A stretch of 64,000 nucleotides of DNA. Source: Syntrophales bacterium. Its GTDB lineage: Bacteria > Desulfobacterota > Syntrophia > Syntrophales > CG2-30-49-12. Made by a program: the position numbers and the translations under genes. Below the pieces are notes generated by a model, which did not search any database, was not told where the DNA came from, and saw only the letters and a list, made by a program, of their open reading frames with translations. Below, in pieces: positions 1-8,470 of the stretch. How positions within the stretch are numbered: position 1 is the stretch's first letter; the number at the start of each line of letters is the position of its first letter. The stretch is taken from positions 332-64,331 of the forward strand of contig JBAZOY010000006.1 of NCBI GenBank assembly GCA_041648505.1. The letters run 5' to 3'.

Positions 1-391
1 AGCCCTGCGCGGCGTTGAAGTGCGGGTAATACTGCCGTCTTTAAACAACCTGCCCTTTGTACACTGGGCGTCGATGAAGATGCTCTGGGAACTCCTGCAA
101 ATAGGAATAAAAATTCATTACCAGCCACCCCCCTTTGTACACACCAAACTTTTCATTATTGATGACTGCTATGCCCATATCGGTTCGGCAAATATGGATC
201 CGAGAAGCATGCGCCTCAATTTCGAACTGGTCGTTGAAATCTACGATAAGTCTTTTATAAAGAGGCTCTCGACACATGTTGAAAAGAGCCTGAATAATTG
301 CAGAGAAATCTTTTTAGAGGATCTGGACAATCGTTCATTACCCGTTATGGTTCGGGATGCGGCGGCCTGGCTGTTTACCCCTTATCTCTGA
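1..391 (+). CDS. cls: Cardiolipin synthase / phospholipase D family protein, C-terminal part (5' end outside window)
   Basis: ORF open to the window edge. HKD motif HTKLFIIDDCYAHIGSANMDPRS. Confidence 0.8.
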   Translation, partial: ALRGVEVRVILPSLNNLPFVHWASMKMLWELLQIGIKIHYQPPPFVHTKLFIIDDCYAHIGSANMDPRSMRLNFELVVEIYDKSFIKRLSTHVEKSLNNCREIFLEDLDNRSLPVMVRDAAAWLFTPYL

Positions 392-620
392 TCAGGTTGA
401 TAAGGGTGTCCAGCTGTTGGGAAAAAATCAGGCACCGCCAATGAGAGTCACTTTTTAAACCGGAAAATAGTAACAGTTCATGGGTTACATTGTTTTATCG
501 CGGCAGGCGAAACATTACGGAAACGGTTTTGGAGGCGTCGAATAATTAGAGTGTTATCATGGTATGTGATAGATACAGGATAAAGGCAAACCTCAACATT
601 ACATTGAAGGAGTGGCTGAT

Positions 621-2753
621 ATGGCAATGATACAAAAAGAATTTCCAAACCTTCCTCAGCGCATCAAAGGGCTGGGTGAATTGGCTGAAAATCTATGGTG
701 GAGCTGGCATCCGGAAGCAAGGATGCTCTATAAAATGCTGGACCGTCAGGTGTGGAAAGAGACCGGCCATAATCCCGATAAAACGCTCAGGGGGCTCTCC
801 CAGGAAACATTGGAATCGGCAGCCGGAAACGTTTGTTACCTGCGCCGCTATGACATAGTCATGTCTCGGTTCCGGAAAGATATCGAGGCAAAGGGATATT
901 GCTTCCTGGAAATTGTTCCCGATCAAAAAATGCATACCATTGCTTATTTTTCCGCGGAATACGGTTTGCACCATTCACTCCCTTTTTACGCTGGGGGGTT
1001 AGGGTTTCTGGCTGGCGATTACATCAAGGAATGCAGTGACCTTGGTGTTCCCCTGATAGCGGTTGGATTTATGTATCCCGAAGGATATGTCCGCCAGTTC
1101 ATCAGGGATGATGGCTGGCAGGAAAGTATGGATCAGCCTCTTGATCGTGATGCCGCATCAATCTCAAGGGTCCTGGATTACAAGGGGAAACAGCTTCTGG
1201 TCAAAGTGCCGTTGATAGAACCACCGATTTTTGTGACCGTCTGGAAGGTTACGGTGGGAAAAGTTTCCCTCTACCTTATGGATACGGATAATGAGTTTAA
1301 TGATCTGTCGAGCAGAGGTATTTCCGCACGGCTTTACACAGGCAATATGGAGCAGCGTTTGCATCAGGAAATCGTTTTAGGCATCGGCGGGTCAGAGGTC
1401 TTAGAGACACTCGGAATTAAACATACGATTTTACATCTGAATGAAGGGCATGCCGCTTTTGCCCTGTTGGAAAGGATACGTGATCGCGTTCAGGGAGGGA
1501 TGAGCTATGAAGATGCGTCACGGGAGGTAAAAGACACTACGGTATTTACAACCCACACCCCGGTCCCCGCAGGTCACGATGTTTTTCCTTTTTACCTGAT
1601 GGAAAAATATTTTGCATCTTATTGGCCATCATTGGGACTCGATCGTGACCGTTTTATTCAACTGGGTTTCCACCCGTATGACCACGGGGCCGGATTTAAC
1701 ATGACAGCTTTTGCGCTTCGCATGTCAGGTTGCAGCAATGGTGTCAGCATGAGACACGCAGAGGTGACACGCCGCATGTGGCAAAGCCTGTGGCCTGATT
1801 TACCGGAGGAGAAAGTCCCCATTGATTACGTTACCAACGGCATACACGTTCCAACATGGATAGAACCCAAAATGCAGCTTCTCTTCGATAAGTATCTTGG
1901 ACCAAACTGGCTGAAGGATCACGATAACCCCTTCCTCTGGGAAATGATCGAGGAAATTCCCGATGAAGAACTATGGAAAACCCATTACTGGTTAAAAATC
2001 AAATTGATCGATGTTGTCAGGGAACGCGCGCGCCGACGCTGGGTCAAAGACAGGGGCGGTACACCCACTGTATTAGCCGGTGGCGCCATGCTGGATCCCT
2101 CCATCCTGACTATCGGTTTTGCCCGCCGATTTGCGACATACAAGAGGGCTGATCTAATTCTACATGACGCGGAACGTTTAAAAAAACTTTTAAATGACCG
2201 TTGGCGTCCCATTCAGATTATCTTTGCCGGAAAGGCGCATCCCGCTGATGACCCGGGAAAGCGGATTCTACAAAAAATATTTCATGCGGCCTGCAATCCG
2301 GAGATGGGGGGGCACATAGCATTTCTGGAGAACTACGGAGAGCAGTATGCGCAATACATGGTCCATGGGGTCGATATCTGGTTAAACAATCCGTTACCGC
2401 CTATGGAGGCCTGCGGAACCAGCGGCATGAAGGCTGCCCTCAACGGTGTGCCCAACCTGAGCATTATGGACGGATGGTGGATTGAGGGATTCAATGAAGA
2501 CAACGGTTGGGCGTTTGGTCAGGAAGGAATACAGGGTAACAGAGATCCGCTTGACGCCGAAGCGATCTACCGGCTTCTGGAAGAAAAAATCATCCCCCTT
2601 TATTACAAAGTTTCGGATGACGGCGTACCCCGCGACTGGGTCAAAGTGATGAAGGAATCAATTAAGACAAACGCTTCAAGATATTCGGCCCGGAGGATGG
2701 TTAAGGAATATATCCAGAAATTTTATGCCAGGGCGGTCACATCATCTCCTTAG
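621..2753 (+). CDS. glgP: Alpha-glucan (glycogen/maltodextrin) phosphorylase, GT35
   Basis: About 710-aa ORF with WSWHPEA, EGHAAFALLERIR and CGTSGMKAALNG (PLP-Lys region). GGAG lies 9 nt upstream of ATG 621; the ORF track starts at GTG 612. Confidence 0.9.
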   Translation: MAMIQKEFPNLPQRIKGLGELAENLWWSWHPEARMLYKMLDRQVWKETGHNPDKTLRGLSQETLESAAGNVCYLRRYDIVMSRFRKDIEAKGYCFLEIVPDQKMHTIAYFSAEYGLHHSLPFYAGGLGFLAGDYIKECSDLGVPLIAVGFMYPEGYVRQFIRDDGWQESMDQPLDRDAASISRVLDYKGKQLLVKVPLIEPPIFVTVWKVTVGKVSLYLMDTDNEFNDLSSRGISARLYTGNMEQRLHQEIVLGIGGSEVLETLGIKHTILHLNEGHAAFALLERIRDRVQGGMSYEDASREVKDTTVFTTHTPVPAGHDVFPFYLMEKYFASYWPSLGLDRDRFIQLGFHPYDHGAGFNMTAFALRMSGCSNGVSMRHAEVTRRMWQSLWPDLPEEKVPIDYVTNGIHVPTWIEPKMQLLFDKYLGPNWLKDHDNPFLWEMIEEIPDEELWKTHYWLKIKLIDVVRERARRRWVKDRGGTPTVLAGGAMLDPSILTIGFARRFATYKRADLILHDAERLKKLLNDRWRPIQIIFAGKAHPADDPGKRILQKIFHAACNPEMGGHIAFLENYGEQYAQYMVHGVDIWLNNPLPPMEACGTSGMKAALNGVPNLSIMDGWWIEGFNEDNGWAFGQEGIQGNRDPLDAEAIYRLLEEKIIPLYYKVSDDGVPRDWVKVMKESIKTNASRYSARRMVKEYIQKFYARAVTSSP

Positions 2754-3109
2754 AGAAGAGAATTTTCCGGCATGGGACATACCAGGTGTCATTTGTCTGG
2801 GAAAATATCGATAGTTCCGAAGTCCGAAAAAGAAAATACCGAAGAAATTTATTGTAATAGAATGATCCTCTGAATATAATATAAGTAAATTCAAGTAAAT
2901 TTGTTTTCGTCCCACGGGTTAGTGGTAAAATCAACGCTGTAAGGGTTTAACCGTGTTGATAAATGGGAGCTTCTATTTTTCTAAATTCTTAAAAACACCA
3001 AAGATATCAGTACGGCAATTTTTTAACCCGTATTCTCAATAAAGGAGGGCATGGGAGCGCAAGCCGGTCGATGGACTATCGTCCGGTTTATACAGACTGT
3101 ATAATCATT

Positions 3110-3116
3110 GTTGGGC
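3110..3116 (+). mobile_element. Integron-type core site GTTGGGC (R' of an attI or attC preceding the first recognisable cassette)
   Basis: GTTRRRY match 24 nt upstream of ORF 3140. TTGGGC is the perfect complement of the R'' GCCCAAC at 3610-3616. Confidence 0.5.
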
Positions 3117-3139
3117 CAGACTAAAAGAGGAGGTGAATT

Positions 3140-3544
3140 GTGAGTGAAGAATGGCGAAGCAATTGGAGCCGACATTATGATCAGGTGCAATGGACGGCAA
3201 CCACCTTGTTGATGGCCGCAATTGGCGGTCTGCTCGCCTTTTCGTATTCGCAAGCTGGGGTTCCCTTTGACCCGTGGATTCCCGCCATTGGCTTGTGGTT
3301 AACGTGGCTTGCGGTCTATTACGCCGCCAGTTGTCGTGAACTCCGACGACTCCTTCATGACGACCTTCCTGCGGGCGACGAGAAGGCCTTTCTGAGCAAG
3401 TGTCGTGATCTTAGGCAGTGGCCGGTGTTTCTAGTGACGTTTGCAATCATCACGATCGCCTGGTTATGGCACTGCTGGGCACATGACTGGCACTGGTTGT
3501 CGCTGGCTCTGCTTGGCTTGCCGTCAGTATTGCATGGTTCCTGA
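3140..3544 (+). CDS. Hypothetical multi-pass membrane protein (cassette ORF)
   Basis: 134-aa ORF with GAGGAGG upstream of a GTG start and 3-4 hydrophobic Trp-rich segments. No recognisable family. Confidence 0.55.
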   Translation: MSEEWRSNWSRHYDQVQWTATTLLMAAIGGLLAFSYSQAGVPFDPWIPAIGLWLTWLAVYYAASCRELRRLLHDDLPAGDEKAFLSKCRDLRQWPVFLVTFAIITIAWLWHCWAHDWHWLSLALLGLPSVLHGS

Positions 3545-3609
3545 TGTCCTATCATGCCAGCCGACGAACATGCAGTCAGCCGGAGAAAGAGCATATGGAA
3601 GAGGGGGAG

Positions 3610-3671
3610 GCCCAACATCCGCCTGCAAAATAGCGTCGCTTCGCGCTGCAGTTTGAGGCGGGGCGTTAGCC
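3610..3671 (+). mobile_element. attC-like site P1 (62 bp)
   Basis: GCCCAAC ... GTTAGCC with internal pairing CCGCC/GGCGG and TGCA/TGCA. It lies between two ORFs, and the next ORF starts 20 nt after it. Confidence 0.7.
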
Positions 3672-3690
3672 CTTCTCGTCAGGAATAAAC

Positions 3691-4590
3691 ATGTCTCATG
3701 ATCACAACCATCAAGCGGGGAATTACAATCGTGCCTTTGCCATTAGTGTTGTCCTCAATGTTGTTTTCGTCGTCATTGAAGCAAGCTATGGTATTGTGGC
3801 CGAATCCATGTCCCTGGTGGCAGATGCCGGCCATAATCTGAGCGATGTGCTAAGCCTGTTACTAGCTTGGGGGGCAAGTGTGCTGGCCGCAAAAGCCGCA
3901 ACAGAGCAAAGAACATATGGATTCCGCAAAGCAACGATAATGGCTTCTTTGGCAAGTGCAATATTGCTACTGGTTGCCATGGGCGGCATTATACTGGAAG
4001 CCATTGGTCGATTCTTCGACCCAAAACCAGTTGAGGGTATGACCATAATAGTGGTTGCTGCTATTGGCGTTCTTATTAATACAATCACAGCCTTGCTTTT
4101 TGTATCTGGCCGAAAAGATGATCTGAACATTAGAGGTGCGTATCTTCATATGGCCGCTGATGCTGGTGTTTCATTCGGTGTTGTTGTGGCAGGTATAGTT
4201 ATCGTGCTCAAAGGCTGGTTATTGATTGATCCTCTGATCAGTCTAGTTATTGTGGCTGTTGTTCTCATCAGCACCTGGTCTTTGTTACGTGATTCGATGA
4301 ATCTTGCCATAGATTCAGTACCTGCAGGCATTGATATGGCTGGAATAAAAACATACTTGAACTGTCTTGAAAGCGTTTGTCAGATACATGATCTGCATGT
4401 TTGGCCTCTGAGTACTTCAGAGATTGCTCTGTCTGTCCATTTGATTGGAACCGGCGATCCCATGAGAAACGATTTTCTGATTGAAGTCCAGCAACATTTA
4501 CATGATCAGTTCGGCATAGAGCATGCCACAATTCAGGTTGAAAACGAAGCTGATGGTCAATGTGTTTTGAACAAGAACAGCTGTATATAG
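3691..4590 (+). CDS. czcD: Cation diffusion facilitator family metal efflux transporter
   Basis: His-rich N-terminus (HDHNHQ), CDF signature region SLVADAGHNLSDV, six TM segments and a C-terminal cytoplasmic domain. Confidence 0.9.
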   Translation: MSHDHNHQAGNYNRAFAISVVLNVVFVVIEASYGIVAESMSLVADAGHNLSDVLSLLLAWGASVLAAKAATEQRTYGFRKATIMASLASAILLLVAMGGIILEAIGRFFDPKPVEGMTIIVVAAIGVLINTITALLFVSGRKDDLNIRGAYLHMAADAGVSFGVVVAGIVIVLKGWLLIDPLISLVIVAVVLISTWSLLRDSMNLAIDSVPAGIDMAGIKTYLNCLESVCQIHDLHVWPLSTSEIALSVHLIGTGDPMRNDFLIEVQQHLHDQFGIEHATIQVENEADGQCVLNKNSCI

Positions 4591-4593
4591 AAG

Positions 4594-4652
4594 GGCTAAC
4601 AATTCCTTCAAGGCGACACCAAGGGGTGTCCTCCCTTGAGCCTCGGTTCATT
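4594..4652 (+). mobile_element. attC-like site P2 (59 bp)
   Basis: GGCTAAC-AATTCC-TTCAAGG-CGACACCAAGGGGTGTC-CTC-CCTTGAG-CCTCG-GTTCATT. The 5' half resembles, from memory, aadA-type 59-base elements (TAACAATTCGTTCAAGCCGAC). R'' is the perfect complement of P1's R'. Confidence 0.75.
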
Positions 4653-4806
4653 CCCGAAAGTCGTCCAGTTTCCTCTTTGCGCCCGATAGACGGCTGGCTT
4701 TAATTCAGGTCATCTGTTACAATTTCGCTAATGAACGTGGGCGCAAAGGTTCATTCCGCAGGCGCCCTTGGCGCGCCTCAATTGGCGTTATGCCTGAAAA
4801 AGGCTC

Positions 4807-4836
4807 TTGCAAATACTAAATATTGTACGTTATAAT
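4807..4836 (+). promoter_or_regulatory. Sigma70-like promoter with overlapping palindrome (probable Phd operator)
   Basis: TTGCAA-N18-TATAAT. The inverted repeat TGTAC-N8-GTACA spans the -10 box, 33 nt upstream of phd. Confidence 0.55.
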
Positions 4837-4868
4837 GTACATAATTTAGAAACAACGCGAGGTGAAAA

Positions 4869-5150
4869 ATGCAAAGATTAAAAATTAATCAAGATATCAA
4901 ACCACTATCCGAGGTAAGGATAGGTATCGCAAACTTCATAAAGCAAGTTCATGATACAAAAAGACCTTTGATTATTACGCAGCACGGAAAAGGTGTTGCC
5001 GTTTTATTGGATGCTTATGAATATGAAGCAATTCAGGAGAAACTTGAGCTTTTGACAGATGTTCAGGCATCCCTTAATCAACTCGAAAATGGACAAGGTA
5101 TTGCTCATGAAGATGCAAGGGGAAAAGTTTTGAAGAGAGTCCAGGAATGA
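4869..5150 (+). CDS. Phd/YefM family type II antitoxin
   Basis: 93 aa; the KRPLIITQHGKGVAVLLDAYEYE region is typical of Phd/YefM. GAGGTG RBS. The stop overlaps the next ATG (ATGA). Confidence 0.85.
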   Translation: MQRLKINQDIKPLSEVRIGIANFIKQVHDTKRPLIITQHGKGVAVLLDAYEYEAIQEKLELLTDVQASLNQLENGQGIAHEDARGKVLKRVQE

Positions 5151-5317
5151 AAATCATTTGGTCGCCGTTGGCTATTGATAGAGCTTCGGAAATCGCTGAA
5201 TATATAGCCCAGGACAAACCATCTGCAGCAGAAAAATGGATTAACACGGTATTTTCAAAAGTTGAGCAGCTAAAATTTTCTCCTGAAATCGGCACGGTAA
5301 GCAGATACTGCCAATAG
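5147..5317 (+). pseudogene. ParE/RelE-family toxin, truncated after 56 codons
   Basis: MKIIWSPLAIDRASEIAEYIAQDKPSAAEKWINTVFSKVEQLKFSPEIG is a ParE-like N-terminal half. It then ends abruptly at TAG 5315-5317. Too short for the ORF track. Confidence 0.6.
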
Positions 5318-5722
5318 ATGAAATTTTGGCATAACTACAGCTTGAGGGACGTGGGTTCCGCTGCGGCTGCCAAGAACCCCCCTGAACTGCGCGCACTGGG
5401 GACAGGACTCCTGGCGGGAGTCGGGGGTGTTTCTGTCGTTCTTGGCCTCGCTGCCCAGAACACTCTTTCCAATCTGGTTGCGGGACTGTCACTGGTGCTC
5501 TACAGGCCCATTCGAGTAGGAGACAACGTTCAACTGACCACCCCAAGAGGGCTGATGACTGCCACTGTGGAGGTTGTCTCTCTCGGCTGCACGGTTCTTC
5601 GCGATGCTGACAAGCACGAGGTTATTGTCCCCAACAGCGTGATGGCGAGCAGCGTAGTGATTTCGGCTCGGAGCAACAAGAGTGTCTACCGATTGAACTG
5701 CCGACAGTTAGCCGGTAAATGA
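5318..5722 (+). pseudogene. C-terminal fragment of an MscS-family mechanosensitive channel
   Basis: Only the TM3/beta-domain region is present (LGLAAQNTLSNLVAGLSLVLYRPIRVGDNV...). The N-terminal TM helices are missing, and it abuts the truncated toxin. Confidence 0.65.
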
Positions 5723-5907
5723 AACATGCAACTCCTTTTCTGTAAACAAGATTCAAGTAAGTCTAAAAGGCTTGAGCACATAACTCCTGGGACGTAATGC
5801 CGGGGACGGGACGGTAATTACGCGGAAGTACGACGACCATCCTCCGCGTCTTCTGCTCTTTGCGGGTTAGTTCAGGTGTTGTAAAAACAATAAGGAGCTC
5901 TTGAATC

Positions 5908-6783
5908 ATGAAACTAATCGTTCAGTCAATAATTATTTGCATTATCCTGTCAACAGGGCCGGCCTTTTCCAAAACGATAAAAATAGCTGTCATACAAGAC
6001 AAACACACGGAAGGCTCTACATATTTGCTGTTGCAAGACTATCTGAAGAGCAAGAATATTGACGCCATGTTGTATTCATATGGCAGCTATCTGCTTGCGG
6101 CAAAAAACTTTGAAAAGGGTGTTGTCGATATCATGTTTACGGGATCAGGCATTGCGGGATGGATGATCATCAAAAATATTGCCTATCCGGTGGTACGACC
6201 AGTAGCTAAGGAAGGCTGGAGCACTTACTCTGCTGTTATAATCGCACCCGCCGGCTCATCCCACTTTACAGGAGAACTATCAGCGCTGAAAGGGAAAAGG
6301 ATAGCGGCCTGCGAGTTGGCATCAAGTGGTGAGTTTTTTGTCCGTTCTCTTCTGGGAGATGAGAGCGATCTGGTAATAACAGAGTCTCATAGTGATGCAC
6401 TCGAGAAACTCAAAAGCGGTGTTGTAGATATAGCCGTGATCAAGAATAGGGTATGGGATGTTTTGAAAAAGAAATATCCCGGGTTTGAGCAGATTAGCGG
6501 AGATAAGGCAGAACACCCTAATGGCACGCTTATGGCGTCTTACAATGCTGATAAGAATATCATCAAGAAGCTCAAGACATTGTTGCTTGGCTTTGAGAAC
6601 GACAGATCTCCTCAGGCGATGCGAATAAAAACAGCCATGAACATAAAGGGATTTATCCTCACACAAGAAAAAGATTTCGAACAGACCCTGGCATTACTGA
6701 AAAAAGCCGGGATATCGGAAAGGTCCGAATTTGTCTTTCACGAAGACTTGCAAAGTTCTTCTAAAAAAAAGAACAACGAATGA
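5908..6783 (+). CDS. PhnD/SsuA-like periplasmic substrate-binding protein (orphan)
   Basis: Signal peptide and AAGGAG RBS. The overall pattern (MFTGSGIAG..., ...KGKRIAA...SGEFF) resembles phosphonate-type SBPs. No cognate permease or ATPase is adjacent. Confidence 0.65.
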   Translation: MKLIVQSIIICIILSTGPAFSKTIKIAVIQDKHTEGSTYLLLQDYLKSKNIDAMLYSYGSYLLAAKNFEKGVVDIMFTGSGIAGWMIIKNIAYPVVRPVAKEGWSTYSAVIIAPAGSSHFTGELSALKGKRIAACELASSGEFFVRSLLGDESDLVITESHSDALEKLKSGVVDIAVIKNRVWDVLKKKYPGFEQISGDKAEHPNGTLMASYNADKNIIKKLKTLLLGFENDRSPQAMRIKTAMNIKGFILTQEKDFEQTLALLKKAGISERSEFVFHEDLQSSSKKKNNE

Positions 6784-6907
6784 ACCAGGCCAGTCAGAAG
6801 GTCGTTATTTGCCCAGTTGCTGAACCTGATGAACAGTATTCGCATCTAGTTTTTGTCGAAAGGTTAGCATTCTGTTCTGCGTCGACCACAAAGATGGAGG
6901 TGATTTC

Positions 6908-7291
6908 ATGTATTATATAGTTGAAACCGACAAATCATTCGACCAGGCGTCGGCAGACCTTGAATCAGCGGTTAAACGTCATGGCTTCGGGGTACTGCAT
7001 GTCCACGACCTGGGTACAACTCTCCGCGTTAAAGGCATTGTCTTTGATGAGCAATGCAAGGTTTTTGAAGTCTGCAATCCGGTGCAGGCGGCAAAAGTTC
7101 TGTCAACCGATATGCGCCTGAATATGGCGCTGCCGTGTCGTATCTCGGTGTTTACGGAGAAAGGCAAAACGAAGATTGGTCTTATTAAACCAGGGCAAAT
7201 GCTTTCGGCGCTATCTCAGGATGCAGCGTTAGTTCAAGTTGCCAAAGGGGTTGAGGAAAAGACCATTCAGATGGTTGACGAGGCGAAATGA
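6908..7291 (+). CDS. DUF302 domain protein
   Basis: 127 aa. The pattern FGVLHVHDLG...FEVCNP...ALPCRISVF is typical of DUF302. Confidence 0.75.
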   Translation: MYYIVETDKSFDQASADLESAVKRHGFGVLHVHDLGTTLRVKGIVFDEQCKVFEVCNPVQAAKVLSTDMRLNMALPCRISVFTEKGKTKIGLIKPGQMLSALSQDAALVQVAKGVEEKTIQMVDEAK

Positions 7292-7300
7292 ATAATCGCC

Positions 7301-7357
7301 GCAAAACCAATAAGGATTGATTAGACCTGCGGGAATTCCTAATCCCAAAACTGTACG
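7301..7357 (+). repeat. B-type attC-like repeat, copy B1
   Basis: AACCAATAAGGATTGATTAGACCTG matches the 22737-22793 copy (minus strand) at 23/25 positions. Inverted repeat GATTAG/CTAATC. It lies just downstream of a stop codon. Confidence 0.55.
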
Positions 7358-7381
7358 GGAAGATATTAACTTTTACACATT

Positions 7382-8131
7382 ATGCATAAGCTTGTCTTGC
7401 TTCGCTACGGCGAATCACAATGGAATCTTGAAAACCGTTTTACGGGATGGGTTGATGTTGATCTTTCCCAGGAGGGAATTGAGGAGGCTATTGGTGCAGG
7501 CCGAACATTGAAAGAACATGGTTTCTTCTTCGATGCCGCATTCACATCGGTCCTGAAGAGAGCGATCCGCACGTTATGGATTGTTCTTGATCAGATGGAT
7601 TTGATGTGGATTCCTGTTTACCATTCGTGGAGGCTCAACGAACGCCACTATGGCGCTCTTCAGGGGTTGAATAAAACAGAAATGGCGGAGAAGTACGGAG
7701 AGAAGCAGGTGAATATCTGGCGGCGGAGCTACGATACTCAGCCGCCTGCTCTTGATAAGAACCACCCGATGTATTCCGGTAATGATCCTCGGTACCGTAA
7801 TCTCGCCGCGAAAGATATTCCACTCACAGAATGCCTCAAGGATACTGTTGCCCGCTTTCTTCCCTACTGGCATGATTCTATAGCCCCTACGATCAAGAGT
7901 GGGAAACGAGTAATTATTGCCGCTCATGGCAACAGTTTGCGTGCATTGGTTAAATATCTCGATAATACCTCTGATGAGGAGATAACTGAGCTGAATATTC
8001 CTACCGGTGTTCCGCTTCTTTATGACCTCGATGCAGACCTGAAGCCGCTGAGTCACAAGTTTCTCGGCGATGAAGAGGCGATCAAAGCGAAAATGCAGGC
8101 CGTCGCGAATCAGGGGCAAGCAAAACGGTGA
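7382..8131 (+). CDS. gpmA: 2,3-bisphosphoglycerate-dependent phosphoglycerate mutase with Tyr in place of the phospho-accepting His
   Basis: [12 protein letters not shown] (normally RHGESxWN), ERHYG and [10 protein letters not shown] are present. Codon TAC at 7406-7408. Confidence 0.85.
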   Translation: MHKLVLLRYGESQWNLENRFTGWVDVDLSQEGIEEAIGAGRTLKEHGFFFDAAFTSVLKRAIRTLWIVLDQMDLMWIPVYHSWRLNERHYGALQGLNKTEMAEKYGEKQVNIWRRSYDTQPPALDKNHPMYSGNDPRYRNLAAKDIPLTECLKDTVARFLPYWHDSIAPTIKSGKRVIIAAHGNSLRALVKYLDNTSDEEITELNIPTGVPLLYDLDADLKPLSHKFLGDEEAIKAKMQAVANQGQAKR

Positions 8132-8156
8132 CTGTGCACGGCGACTCCAGTAAAAG

Positions 8157-8263
8157 ATGAAAACGATAAGTAATTTCGAAAAGAGCCCGATTATAAAGGA
8201 GCAGGAGATTGAGTGTGAAATCATTGACCTTGCCCATGGAGGCGATTCGGTCGCGAAACACGG
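8157..8263 (+). pseudogene. Relic 5' fragment of an rlmD (RumA) gene
   Basis: 8173-8262 matches 12093-12182 at 79/90 nt with no gaps (manual count). It encodes the start of the TRAM domain (IIKEQEIECEIIDLAHGGDSVAKH), then diverges. Confidence 0.7.
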
Positions 8264-8470
8264 GGTAATTTCCGAAATTCCGCGACTTGTCGAACGGATG
8301 TTTAATCTGCACAAACACTGTTGGAAGCCAGGACGAGCCACGATAAAACTTCTGTCCAGCGTCAGATTGACAATCTGGTATGAGTTGTATAGACTGACCC
8401 AGGAAGAAATCGCCATTGCGGAGACTTGTCAGACAATACGGCAGCTATAAATCATTCCCATAGGTTTTGA

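Noticed and set aside
5743-5872. Possible attC between the MscS fragment and the PhnD-like gene (GTAAAC...TTCAAG/CTTGAG...GTTAGTT). A similar candidate lies at 6779-6869 (AATGAAC...GTTAGCA).
   Set aside because: The core-like ends are present, but I could not draw convincing L''/L' pairing. Both were left out of the feature list. The AATGAAC/TTCATT match is mentioned in the finding on the plus-strand cassette set.
7574-8416. 280-aa minus-strand ORF antisense to gpmA.
   Set aside because: It has no motifs and overlaps a well-supported gene, so it is a shadow ORF.
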